Positions 33,788 through 45,421 of a stretch of 64,000 bases of DNA are shown piece by piece. Position numbers and translations under genes: made by a program. The number at the start of each line of letters is the position of its first letter. Position 1 is the first letter of the stretch. This DNA comes from Plasmodiophora brassicae (Eukaryota), in the NCBI GenBank assembly GCA_036867785.1, contig CP145413.1, forward strand, positions 1,178,001 to 1,242,000. Direction: 5' to 3'. The notes below the pieces were generated by a model. That model did not search any database. It saw only the letters and a program-made list of their open reading frames with translations, and was not told the DNA's origin.

Positions 33788-34937
33788 ATCTTGCAAGTCG
33801 TGACCTCTGATCTGTTGCCGATGCTTTGGCCGTCCTGATTTCATCCTTAGCGACCGTTGCTGACGGTTCGCTAACGTTCCCATGGGCGCCACCGGGACAC
33901 CCTCTGGCGGGTTTGACCCTCTACGCAACGCCGATAACGAACTTGATTGGGCCGTAACCCTGCGATGTGTCTAGCAGGAAGACGGACCCTGTATTACTGT
34001 TCAGCAGCGATCCATTCGAATCCTGCCCAGCGCCGTCTTGATAGGGTCGGGCGTGATGGCCACCGCCTTCTTTGTGTTCCACATGCGCCTCATCAACGAT
34101 CACTACGCGGCCGATGTGCCGGCGGGGAGGCGCTCCTGTGCACCATGGGTCAACCTCGTCCTGCATTCGTGGGGACTTCCACACGCTGTGCTCGCTATCG
34201 AGATGACCACTGCCACACTGTCCGGTATCATACTGGCCATCGGCGGGTACTACAGCACGCCGAACCTGTCGTACCCTGTTGTGCAATACTTCGTCACCCT
34301 CCTCGGAGGCTTCAGCCTGGCATCGTCCATCCTATCCGCCTCGGACTGGAACCCTCAGCTGGCCGGCTTGTTGTCCTCGGAATCGTTGCTCACTCGGGTC
34401 TTGCGAGGCGACCTCCCAGTCGCATTCGTCCCGCTGGCCACCGTTCCCGTTGTCCTCGACACAGCGATCAGTGCCTCCTGGGCGACGTACTACTACTCGA
34501 GCGTGATGACGACCATTGCAGCATTGACCATGTTCCTGCTTCAGTTGACAGTGGGCCTGCACGTTCTGGTTTACGTGATCCGATATCACCGGGTCGTCGT
34601 CGGCCTGCAATCGAAGACGAACCGTGCCACGAGGCAGTCGCCAGGAATGGGCCCGTTGCTTGCCCGACTGAGTCGCTGCGCCCTGGGCATGTCCCTGTCC
34701 ATGATCCTGTTTTCCATTGGTACCGCGATGACCGCGTCGTCGTCTGTGTTCCTGACAGCCCGATGGTCTGGACCACCTGCTTCTTGCTGACCTACAACGG
34801 CCGTGCACTGGATACTGCCTTCCCAGTCGCCATGTTCAAGCCCAGACAGATACGTCCGTTACAGGGCCGACGTCAGTCGCTTGAGCCATGTGACGCCAAA
34901 GACCAACCCCAAGGGTTCCACAATTGGTGCTTCGTAG
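33788..34937 (+). pseudogene. Pseudogenised copy of the PA-like+7TM gene at 43647-45190
   Basis: Close nucleotide match to 43647-45190, but the ATG is lost, there is a TAA at 33955-33957 (CAA in the paralog), a 399-bp internal deletion and a 1-nt frameshift near 34755. Confidence 0.9.
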
Positions 34938-35068
34938 CCAGCGAGGCCCGGAATCCCATTTGCACGAAATAAAATGGCTCGTTCGTCTTCACTGACTTCC
35001 TACCGAGCCTCTGTCGCCCTGTAGTGCGTGCCAGTGTTGACATGGCACAGGTCAGCGTGGTGAACACC

Positions 35069-37522
35069 AACACCGACCGGTACCGAGTCAAATAATCTTC
35101 TGAACGCGACGATCGCAGCGTCCACAAGGCTTCATTTGGTGTCCTGGCGACTGCTACCGCACAGCACCTGAACGAATGTGCGGTTGGACAGTGGAACCAG
35201 TTCACGGCGTACAAAACACTTGTTCCTACTTCAAGAGCGGAGGTCGCACTGCTGTCCATTAGGATCGCACCCCGTTCGGCGAATGAAGCTGGATAGAGGG
35301 GCTCTATTACACGAGTTCACCCGCAAGCACGAGGATCACATGTGGACCGAATACGGCAACAGGTCGTCCACCCTTGAAGGCAAATCGGTTCCACCGGTCG
35401 TACTCCTAGACCACAAAGATGATCCTCGGTGCCCGTTACCATGTATTTGTCGGCGGAAAGTAATACTCTCTAGGGCTAGCGCTATATCCAGGTGACAGCG
35501 ACGTCCATAGCGACGCCAGAGCGAACGAAACGACGCCGGAAGCGACGCTGACATGGGCAGTGACCCGTATCGCGGGCGCGCTTCCGCGAGGTCGCCAGAC
35601 GGCTGAGCCTTCCTCAACAACCTGGTGGACACGGTTGACCATGTGACATTCGAGAGTCTTCGCGTTCTCTATCACCTCATCGAAGTTGCTCGATATCGGA
35701 TCTGTGACGTACGACGGCCTCCATCTGGGTGATGTGGCACCGCATTACCAGTGCAGACAAACCGGATCGGCGCTTTCACTAGTTTGGCGGACGTCAGGTT
35801 GAGAGAGTGGACTGGTTGAAATCAGCACGTCTCGCCTGGGATTCGTTCGCAGACAACGACACATGCTGGCGCCTATGCCGTCCTGTTTCTCGCGAACGGG
35901 TTCATAGTGGGGCTGACCACGAACATCATCCCATCCCCGATGGGCGGCTGATCTTCATCGAAACAACGGGTACGCGGAGGCTCTGCCGAACGGCTTGGCA
36001 ATGGGATTCGGCCAGTGCTCCCGACCTTGCAGGCAAGTGTCCCTAATACAATCTATAATTAGCAGAGCTATATTAGGGCCTACTACAACCTGCGGCCCGT
36101 AGGATGCGCCGAGCGCAACTCCGAGGGCCGTGCAGGTGCAGGCCGGCGGGCGACGGCCCGACAACAGTCAAAGTCATTGAGTGAAATGGTCGTCGAGACG
36201 CACATCAGGGGCATCATCGCGCTCGTATTGCTGGCGGTCAGCGCCGTGGCGACGCTGGGGCCGCCGCTGTATCCATGGGAGACTCATCCTGGCGAATTCG
36301 TCCGAGTCGACCTGTCTTGGGTGACGGACCCGGCGACGCTGAAGGATGAAGATCTGGAATCGGCCGCCGCCAACCTGGTGTCCGCCGCTCTCGCTACGTC
36401 CCCTAATGGCAAAGAGTGTTTCCAGAGGCTGCTCGCGTACTGCGCCCCGCACAACGTCGGCAAATTCGAACACATTCGCATTCCAGACAGCGTCATCTCC
36501 CGGGTTGAGATAAGCGCCCTCCGATGGCTCTTACGCTCCCTCCCCCAACAGTATCTGCGCCATGGCATGCAGATATTGCAATCCGCTTACGAGCGCAACA
36601 ACATCTCTCTGATCCGGCTCCTCTCAACGTTCGGGGTGAAATGTTCGCTAAGCGCGGGCGACACGTATGCATACCTGGTAACCATGACGGCGATCGATAT
36701 GCTCGATCTCTCTGCCGCAGCAGGGCTTCGACCGCCCAGCAGCGACGATGACCCGTTGTGGCATGTGGAGCTGTACCAGCGCAGCCACGATAACGGCAGC
36801 GTCCGCAAGATCGACGTGAGCGGCCTACGAAACATCGGCGCCTGGTCGACTGAAGTCGACTTTGTGGCGTACGGGCAGATCTTACGTTTGCTTATCGTGC
36901 TTGTCGAGCACGGCTTCCAGCTGGTGACGAGGATGACCGCGTATGACCAGGTGATCGCGGAGCATCCGCTGGAGCAGGACATCGCCAAGGCGATCGACCT
37001 AGATCCCGCTTGGCAACTGAAACTGTTGGATCTTCTCGCATGCAGTGGCGCCCGGATGACCAACGTTCTGGAAGAGCTCATCATGTCTCGAGCGGGACGA
37101 ATCGATTCCGCTCTGAATCTGATGCAGACGCATCACATGCGGCCATCGTTCGACCCAACCTATATCGAGCGGCTGATTAACATGGGCGGCTCCGATCGCA
37201 TCCGTCGAGCCAAGCTGGTTCTGCGATATGGCGGGTACACGGCAACAACGCTCCCGAACGGCATGACACCGCGACAGATGGCAATGAAGCTCGGCGACGT
37301 CGATCTGGCAAATGTATTCGACGAGTACGATGAGTATGCAGCGTTCGCAGCCATGTACGACACGTGGATCGATTACCATTAGCCGCGTTCGTGATGCCTT
37401 ACCGACGCACGTGGCATATGACACTAACGAGGGAGTCGTAATCAATAAAACCGAGGAAGGATCGTTCGGAGACGGGAGAAGCAGCCCAATAGTTACAGTT
37501 GAGCACCCAGCGGCGCCTTCGA
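35069..37522 (+). repeat. Left arm of large inverted duplication (matches reverse complement of ~39860-42240)
   Basis: e.g. aacaccgaccggtaccgagtcaaataatcttctgaacg vs the reverse complement of ~42203-42240; similarity continues through the ankyrin-like gene and its 3' flank. Confidence 0.9.
36186..37382 (+). CDS. Secreted protein with degenerate ankyrin-like repeats (effector candidate), copy A
   Basis: Signal peptide RGIIALVLLAVSAVATLG; ankyrin-like LQSAYERNNISLIRLLSTFG and NGMTPRQMAMKLGDVDLANVF; intronless. Confidence 0.75.
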   Translation: MVVETHIRGIIALVLLAVSAVATLGPPLYPWETHPGEFVRVDLSWVTDPATLKDEDLESAAANLVSAALATSPNGKECFQRLLAYCAPHNVGKFEHIRIPDSVISRVEISALRWLLRSLPQQYLRHGMQILQSAYERNNISLIRLLSTFGVKCSLSAGDTYAYLVTMTAIDMLDLSAAAGLRPPSSDDDPLWHVELYQRSHDNGSVRKIDVSGLRNIGAWSTEVDFVAYGQILRLLIVLVEHGFQLVTRMTAYDQVIAEHPLEQDIAKAIDLDPAWQLKLLDLLACSGARMTNVLEELIMSRAGRIDSALNLMQTHHMRPSFDPTYIERLINMGGSDRIRRAKLVLRYGGYTATTLPNGMTPRQMAMKLGDVDLANVFDEYDEYAAFAAMYDTWIDYH

Positions 37523-37559
37523 CCCGCCTTGACGGAGGCCGAGGCCCAGATCAATACGG

Positions 37560-37970
37560 TTCCCGTCAAGAACCGTTACACCGTACCCTTGATCGACCAG
37601 ATCCTGGCGCAGCTGAACGTGACGCGCGCGTGTTCACCAACACTGATCTACGTGACGCGTACAACTAGATCCGCATTCACGAAGGTGATCAATGGAAACC
37701 CGCGTTCCGCACGCCTAACGGCCTCTACCTAGATCTTCGAGTACCCTGTGATGCCCTTCGGTCTCTCCACCGACCCGGCAGCCTTCCAGAGATTCAGGAA
37801 CGAGCTGTTCAAGGATTATTTGGATGTGTTCGTCGTCGTTCATCTCGACGATATTCTCGTGTTCTCTCGCAACGAACAGGATCATGAACGCTACGTGGTA
37901 ATCTTCCTCGACCGTCTCCGGCAGGCCAAGCTGAGCGCCAAGCTCGCGAAGTGTTCATGCGACGCCCGTG
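37560..37970 (+). mobile_element. Ty3/Gypsy reverse transcriptase fragment (degenerate)
   Basis: VKNRYTVPLIDQIL, IRIHEGDQWKPAFRT, VMPFGLS, VVVHLDDILVFS (YLDD changed to HLDD), KLSAKLAKC; frameshifted. Confidence 0.9.
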
Positions 37971-38042
37971 AAGTCGTTCCACTCGAGCATGATCATCGAG
38001 GAGAAGCGTGGGATCGGACCGCCCGCTCCCGCCGAGATACTT

Positions 38043-38200
38043 CACGGGACACGCCAGGCATAGTCTCTGGACCATTATCGAACCCGGTTCACGTCCATCT
38101 CGATTGCGTCCACCCACAGCCACGCGCAGCGCTGGCAGCGAATGTCAATGTACACGTGGTGCATAGGTTAACGTAGAAGGGGCGACGATCGATAGGGCCT
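38043..38200 (+). repeat. Duplicate of ~45298-45455 (3' flank of the 7TM gene and the end of the ERGIC gene)
   Basis: cacgggacacgcca...gcgctggcagcgaatgtcaat...agaaggggcgacgatcgatagggcctc present at both places. Confidence 0.9.
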
Positions 38201-39482
38201 CTTACGTCCACGACCGAACACGACGCGTTGACCGACTGGCGTCGGTCCCCGCTCGCGCGAACTCCAGAAGCCCAAGTAGCCTGCTGCGGATGCACCATGC
38301 AGGGTCTGGAGGATCTAGAGCTTGCACGCGTCCCCGACAACGATTAGACCGTTGTCGCTGTAAAGCAGGCCATCGATCAGGCGGAAACGACGGCCCTTGT
38401 GGTGTGCCGACGAGTGCCGTCACCTTCTCGACGTAGAGATCGGTCGCTTGCTCTGTCCGAAAGCGTTTTCGCGTCCCCGTGTTGAATGGTGCGAATGGTG
38501 TGCCCAAGCGGGCCAGGGAGGAAGTGGTCCGGGGACAGCAGTCGGAAGGAGCGTTGGACTGTGTCGTCTTCGTCCCGGCACTCGGGTCGGTGGGATAGTG
38601 CGTCTACCTTACTTACCATGGAGGCATCCATGGCGGTGTTGGATGCGGAAGTCGAATCCACTTTGTGCTCAAGGGGGAGGGGGTAAAGTGGGCCAGTACT
38701 GGGCCGGGCAGACGTAAAGGCGGCTTGCAAGGAACGTAATGCATCATTGTTCCCGATCAATCCAGCGGAAGGCAACGTTGCGAGTCAGGCTGGTCAGCGG
38801 TAAAGCTTCCGGCAGAAGTTCGCGAACCCGAGGAAGGCGCGTACGCGTCCTTGGGCGGCTCCCATGCCAAGATGGTGTCCACGCGTGACTGGCCCAGGCG
38901 GAACCGATGAGCACTTCGCGGGCTTGGCGCTCAGCTTGGTCTGCCGGAGACGGTCGAGGAAGAGTTTCACGTGGCGTTCATGATCCTGTTCGTTGCGAGA
39001 GAACACGAGAATATCGTCGAGATGAACGACGACGAACACATCCAAATAATCCTTGAACAGCTCGTTCATGAATCCCTGGACGACTGCCGGGTCGTTGGAG
39101 GGCAGCACAGGGTACTCGAAGATCTAGAGGTCGTTAGGCGTGCGGAACGCGGGTTTCCATTGATCACCTTCGTGAATGCGGATCTAGTTGTACGCGCCAC
39201 GTAGATCAATCTTGGTGAACACGCGCGCTCAGCTGCGCCAGGATCTGGTCGATCAGGGGTACGGCGTAACGGTTCTTGACAGTGGCCGGCGACGTCTGCC
39301 AGAATCTGCTCCGCTGCAGCCGGAGGCTCGGCGCGCTGCCCCAGTAGGGCTTCCGCCACCACCGCTGCAATGGAGCGCGTCAGCGTCGGCAGGCCGAGCG
39401 CTGCGCGCAGGCGCCGTACCGGACGTCCCCGGGGCTTCAGGGTTCTGAGATCCGTCTCCTGGCTCTTCCTGGTCTTGACCAT
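38200..39482 (-). mobile_element. Internally deleted, degenerate Ty3/Gypsy retrotransposon (gag-like start, RT, RNase H and integrase remnants)
   Basis: KNRY.VPLIDQIL, VVVHLDDILVFS, VRAFLGFANF, LQAAFTSA, VDALSHRPE, ILQTLHGASAAGYLG (integrase Zn region), with stops and frameshifts. Confidence 0.85.
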
Positions 39483-40013
39483 GATGGCGGTCGGTCAACA
39501 ACAAGGTCGACGCCGGACAACATCGGGCAGATTCTGTTTGGGGCCGCTCGCGCTGTTCTCTGGTCGTAGAACTGTTCCTTCAACAGCTCCCCGGGTGACG
39601 CTCTTCAGCGTCCTGAATCGTCACCTGTTGATCTTGAGCATCTTTGTCTCGATGCTGGGTGGCGTAGCGACGATGCCGAAAGAACAGACAGTCGTCCCGA
39701 ATGCGGCGTCCATGACCGGCTCGCATGACGTATCCGGCAAGACATCGCGTCAGATTGGCCCGGCTGTGCAGAGGGGTGAACTATGTGAGCTGGGGCAGCT
39801 GGACCACGTTGATGTTCATATTCCCAGGCCCCGTCCAGGAAACCGACTCTCGTCTGCATTCGAAGGCGCCGCTGGGTGTTCAACTATAGTTATTGGGCTG
39901 CTTCTCCCGTCTCCGAACGATTCTTCCTCGGTTTTACTGATTACGACTCCCTCGTTAGTGTCATATGTCACGTCCGTCGACAAGGCACCGCGAACGCGGC
40001 TAACGGTGATCGA

Positions 40014-41195
40014 TCACGTGTCGTGCACGGCTGCGAACTCTGCATGCCCATCGTACTCTTCGAATACATTCGCCAGCTCGACGTCGCCGAATTTCATTGC
40101 CATCTGACGCGGTGTCATGCCGTTCGGGAGCGTTGTTGCCGTGTACCCGCCATATCGCAGAACCAGCTTGGCTCGACGGATGCGATCGGGGCCGCCCATG
40201 TTGATCAGCCCCGCGATATAGGTTGGATCGAACGATGGCCGCATGTGGTGTGTCTGCATCAGATACAGAGCGGAATCGATTCGTTCCGCTCGAGACATGA
40301 TGAGCATTTCCAGCACGTTGGTCATCCGGGCGCCGCGGCGTGCGAGAAGATCCAACAGTTTCAGTTGCCAAGCGGGATCGAGATCGATCGCCTGGGCGAT
40401 GTCCTGCTCCAGCGGATGCTCCGCGATCACCTGGTCAAACGCGGTCATCGTCGTCACCAGCTGGAAGCCGTGCTCGACAAGCACGATAATCAAACGTAAG
40501 ATCTGCCCGTGCGCCACAAAGTCGACTTCAGTCGACAAGGCGCCGATGTCTCGTAGGCCGCTCACGTCGATCTTGCGGACGCTGCCTTTAACGTGGCTGC
40601 GCCGGTACAACTCCACATGCCATAACAGGTCATCGTCGCTCCTGGGCGGTCGAAGCCCTGCTGCGACATGGTGGCCGCCCTTATCCATCGGGGTCCAGGT
40701 TAGCAGGGAGGCATACGTGTCGCCCGCGCTTAGCGAACATTTCACCCCGAACGTTGATAGGAGCCGGATCAGATGGGTGTTGTTGCTCTCGTAAGCGGAT
40801 TGCAATATCTGCATTCCATGGCGCGGATACTGTTGGGGTAGGGAGAGTAAGAACCATTGGGAGGCGGGTAGCACAACCTGGGAGGTGACGCTGGGCGGAA
40901 TGCGAATGTGTTCGAATTTGCCGACGTTGTGCGGGGCGAAATACGCGCACAGCCTCTCGAAACACTCTTTGCCATTAGGTGACGAAGCGAAAGCGGTGGA
41001 CGCCAGGTTGGGGGCGGCCGATTGCAAAACTTCGTCCGTCAGCATCTCCGGGTCCGTCACCCATGACAGGTCGACTCGGACGCGTTCGCCAGGGTGAGTC
41101 TCCCATGGATACAGCGGCGGCCCCAGCGTCGCTGCGGCGCTGGCCGCCAGCAATACGAGCACGATGATGCCCCTGTTGCGCGCCTCGACGACCAT
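40014..41195 (-). CDS. Secreted ankyrin-like protein, copy B (inverted paralog of 36186-37382; 5 aa shorter through a 1-nt deletion)
   Basis: MVVEARNRGIIVLVLLAASAAATLG...; colinear with copy A. Confidence 0.75.
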   Translation of the reverse strand: MVVEARNRGIIVLVLLAASAAATLGPPLYPWETHPGERVRVDLSWVTDPEMLTDEVLQSAAPNLASTAFASSPNGKECFERLCAYFAPHNVGKFEHIRIPPSVTSQVVLPASQWFLLSLPQQYPRHGMQILQSAYESNNTHLIRLLSTFGVKCSLSAGDTYASLLTWTPMDKGGHHVAAGLRPPRSDDDLLWHVELYRRSHVKGSVRKIDVSGLRDIGALSTEVDFVAHGQILRLIIVLVEHGFQLVTTMTAFDQVIAEHPLEQDIAQAIDLDPAWQLKLLDLLARRGARMTNVLEMLIMSRAERIDSALYLMQTHHMRPSFDPTYIAGLINMGGPDRIRRAKLVLRYGGYTATTLPNGMTPRQMAMKFGDVELANVFEEYDGHAEFAAVHDT

Positions 41196-42249
41196 TTCAC
41201 TGTCTCTGACTGGGAATATTGTCGGGCCGTCGGCCTGCACCTGCACGCCGCACGGCCCTCGGAGTTGCGCAGGGCGCATGCCGCGCATCCCACGCATCCT
41301 ACGGGCCGCAGGCTGCAGGCAGATTGACAGTACGTACTGTAGTGCTCTGCTAATAATTATAGATTGTATTAGGCGCTTGTCTCCAAGGTCGGGGGCACTG
41401 GCCGAATCCCATTGCCAAGTCGCTAAGCGACTGGCCGTTTGGCAGCGCCTCCTCGTACTCGCTGTCCGCCCATCGGGGGTGGGACGACGTTCGTGGTCAG
41501 CCCCACTGTGAACCCGTGCTCGAGAGACACGACGACAGAGCTTCCAGCATGTGTCGTTCTCTGCAAACGAATCCCAGGCGAGGCGTGCTGGTTTCAACCA
41601 GTCCACTTTCGCAACCTGGCGTTCGCCTAATTGGCGCAGTATCCATTGCCGATACGGTTGTCTTCGTCGCCCTCCGTCGGTGGATATATGTTCACCCAGG
41701 CGGGTTGGCACGCCTGTCGAGGCAACGGCATTCGTCGGCACTGGTGATGCGGCGCCAGAGCATCCAGATTGAGGCCGCCACAGACCCGATATCGAGTAAC
41801 TTCGTCGAGGTGATCTAGAACGCCAAGATTCTCGAACTTTCCGCCGACAAATACATGATAACGGGCACCGACGATCGTCATTGTGGTCTAGGAGCCCGAC
41901 CGGTGGAACCGATTTGCCTGCCAGGGTGGACGACCTGTTGCCGAATTCCGGTCCACACGCGAACCGCGTGCTTGCGGGTGAACTCGCGTAAAAGAGTCCC
42001 TCTATCCAGCTTCATTCGCCGAACGGGGTGCGATCCTAATGGACAGCAGTACGACTTCCGCTCTTGAAGTAATGAGAACAACTGTTTGGCACGCCGTGAA
42101 CTGGTTCCACTGTTCAACCGCACATTCGTTCACTGTGCGGTAGTGGATAGTCGCCAGGTCACCATATGAAGCCTTGTGGACGGTGCGATCGTCGCGTTCA
42201 GACGTTCAGAAGATTATTTGATTCGGTACCGGTGGGTGTTCGTACTGAG

Positions 42250-43338
42250 TCCCCACTGGTCAGTAGCGAAGGGGGGGATGAACTGGCTGGATCCAAGGCA
42301 ACACGCGCATGTTCTTGCTGACGACCCTACGAACGGATCCGGCTTCGGGCACAGGGTTCGTAACGACGGCCTGCGACTGTCTTCGATTTCGGTGCGCCTT
42401 TCACGCAAGCCTGGTCCATGAGGCCGACAGATCATAACAGCTGTTGAACCGAAAAGGTACCGTACCCAAATGCAATCTCGCGACCATTTGCTTCAAGGGG
42501 TATATCAGTTTGCGGTCGAACCGAATCATCGGCCAGCGTCGACGTAGCACACGGGAGAGGGTACCAATGCCGACAAACGGAGCCAATTCCAGAATCCCTT
42601 CCCGTTCCTCGGTAGTCAGCTCAGCGTCCTTCTGCTTACATAGGTGAATAAAACTCCGTCAACAACAAGAGTTGCCGAAGAGTGATTGTGTCCAGTAACA
42701 ATGTTGTCCTTCTTTACAACGTACCGTCGGTCCTTGAAGACGTATGTGAAGTCGACGTGAAACGGACAGCCTGCATTAGAACTGCAGTAGAAATAACCCC
42801 TCTGAATGACCTTTTCTTCCCCGAGACGTTGCAACGCCTTCGCCGAATCCATCATGTGTGCTTTGCGTGCGAGAACAAATCCATGCTTGACGCCGAACGC
42901 GTGCATAAACGGCAACAGCCCATTCTGGAAAGATGCGAAGTGTGTGGACGCGAGCCGGTCGACAGTATCAGCCGGCTGGTCGCCAGGTGCAGATAAGGCG
43001 CAATACGATACAGGGCAGGACGGCGTGGCTGGCGACGATGAACATGCGTTGGCGGGTGTGGCGGAATCGGACGCGGACGCTGGGCGGTCAGGACTTAAAC
43101 CGCGGCCACATGGGAAATTCGTCTCTGGAGAATGGGACCCGGAAGACAATACGGATGTTGTAGCATCGTTGCATGGCAGCGGAAAGAGAGGCGTAGATTC
43201 TGGACGCGAAGAATCGTAGTTAGGCGACACACGCGTGCGAAACAAGGGTGTAGGCGATGACGGAGCGCTGGGAGAGCACTTTGGCAAAGCTTCTCTCGCA
43301 TCAGCGTGGTCGTTCGGTGCGCCGTCAGCAGATGTCAA
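42250..43338 (-). mobile_element. Degenerate MULE/FAR1-type DNA transposase relic
   Basis: FMHAFGVKHGFVL..FYCSSNAGCPFHVDF..YVV..GHNH (FAR1/WRKY-GCM1-type Zn domain), followed by frameshifted helical sequence; no DDE core recognised. Confidence 0.6.
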
Positions 43339-43435
43339 CCATCACCAGAACGACGACATTAGCGGCGGCAATGATACCCCGCGCGAAATTCCTCGTATGT
43401 CACAGTGTCCCGGGTTACTAATTCTCAAACAGTTG

Positions 43436-43612
43436 GCGAACCTGGAGGTGCGCGCACCTGGAGGTTCCTATGACTGGGTGGGCGCACCTCCAGGTTCGCG
43501 CACCTGAACGGGAACGCCGCCGGTCACAGAGTCCCAGATGACTGGTGCGCTGGAGGTTCCTGTGACTGGGTGGGCGCTCCTCCAGGATCGCGTACCTGAA
43601 CGGGAAAGCCGC
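43436..43612. repeat. Mixed inverted/direct repeat array upstream of the transposase relic
   Basis: Perfect 18-bp inverted repeat 43436-43453 / 43482-43499; 63-bp imperfect direct repeat 43458-43520 / 43550-43612. Confidence 0.85.
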
Positions 43613-43646
43613 TGATCATTATACGTATCGTGAACCAAGCTCGCGG

Positions 43647-45190
43647 ATGCGGCAAGTCGTGACCTCCGATCTGTTGGCGAAGCTGGCCGTCCTGATTGCA
43701 TCCTTAGCGCCCGTTGTTTACGGATCGCTGACGTTCCCATGGGCGCCGCCGGGACACCCTCTGGCCGGTTTGACCCTCTACACATCGCCGGTAACGAGCT
43801 TGATGGGGCCCCAACCCGGCGATGCGTCTAGCAGGAAGACGGGTCCTGTAGTACTGTTCAGCGGCGATCCATGCCGACCAATGCCACGTGCGCCAGCCAG
43901 CATCATCCTATTCGCCCCTGAAACGCGCGCGCCGTGCTCCTTCGAGACCCATTACCTGGCTTTCAACGCCAGCGGTGCTGCGGCCGTCATTTGTGAGTGT
44001 GACCCCTTACTGTGTTGTCGCCTCCCTTGTCTCTATAACGATGCTCTGCAGGGCTAGTTGTCGACCTCGTCCCATCGCCCAATGTGTACAGCCACGACGG
44101 GTCCCAGGGTGCCCACACGCGCCATCTCCCAATGCTGTTCGTCCGGCTAGGACCGAGCACTGATCTGTTCAAAACGTTGGCAGCGCATGCGCCTGGGCAG
44201 AACGTCACCGTGTACGCAGATACGAATGTCTGGCAGGCCACGTTCTCCTCATGGTACTACCAGTTGTTCATTCGAATCCTGCCCAGCGCCGTCTTGATAG
44301 GGTCGGGCGTGATGGCCACCGCCTTCTTTGTGCTCCACATGCGCCTCATCAACGATCACTACGCGGCCGATGTGCCGGCGGGGAGGCGCTCCTGTGCACG
44401 GTGGGTCAACTTCGTCCTGCATTCGTTGGGACTTCCCCACGCTGTGCTCGCTATCGAGATGACCACTGCCACACTGTCCGGTATCATACTGGCCATTGGC
44501 GGGTACTACAGCACGCCGAACCTGTCGTACCCTGTTGTGCAATATTTCGTCACCCTCCTCGGAGGCTTCAGCCTGGCTTCGTCCATCTTGTCCGCCGCGG
44601 TCTGGAACCGTCAGCTGGCCGGCTTGTTCGCTTCGGAATCGTTGCTCACTCGGGTCTTGCGAGGCGACATCCCAGTCGCATTCGTCCCGCTGGCCACCGT
44701 TCCCGTTGTCCTCGACACAGCGATCAGCGCGTCCTGGGCGACGTACTACTACTCGAGCGTGTTGACGACCATTGCAGCATTGACCATGTTCCTGCTTCAG
44801 TTGACAGTGGGCCTGCACGTTCTGGTTTACGTGATCCGATATCACCGGGTCGTCGTCGACCTGCAATCGAAGACGAACCGTGCCACGAGGCAGTCGCCAG
44901 GAATGGGCCCGTTGCTTGCCCGACTGAGTCGATGCGCCCTGGGCATGTCCTTGTCCATGATCCTGGTCTGCATTGGTACGGCGCTGACCGCGTCGTCGGC
45001 GGCGTTCCTGAACAGCCCGATGGGCTGGACCACCTGTTTCTTGCTGACCTACAACGGCCGAGCACTGGATACTGCCTTCCGAGTCGCCATGTTCAAGCCC
45101 AGGTACGTCCGTTACAGGACCGACGTCAGTCGCTTGAGCCATGTGACGCCAAAGACCAACCCCAAGGGTTCCACAACTGGTGCTTCGTAG
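43647..45190 (+). CDS. Signal peptide + PA-like domain + 7TM protein (copy 2, intact)
   Basis: Intron 43993-44051 at the same position as in copy 1; shared motifs FPWA.PG, WQAT..SWYYQLF, RLSRCALGMSLSMIL, YNGRALD.AFRVAMFKPR. Confidence 0.8.
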
Positions 45191-45421
45191 CCAGCGACGC
45201 CAGGAACCTCATTTGCACGAAATAAAGTGCCTCGTTCGTTTTCACTGACTTCCTACCGAGCCTCTGTCGCCCGCTCGTGCGTGATCATGAGGCTAACACG
45301 GGACACGCCAGACGTCGTCTCTGGACTATTACTAAACCCGGTTCAAGTCCATCTCGATAGCGTCCACCCACAGCCACGTGAAGCGCTGGCAGCGAATGTC
45401 AATTTACACGTGGTGCATAGG

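Noticed and set aside
41196-41741. N-terminal 180-aa extension of the 575-aa ORF 40014-41741
   Set aside because: The equivalent region in copy A contains stops and indels, and the signal peptide begins at ATG 41195; likely chance read-through.
28673-43612. CRISPR-like interpretation of the short repeats (28673-28782, 43436-43612)
   Set aside because: Only two units each, no series of unique spacers, no cas genes, eukaryotic context.
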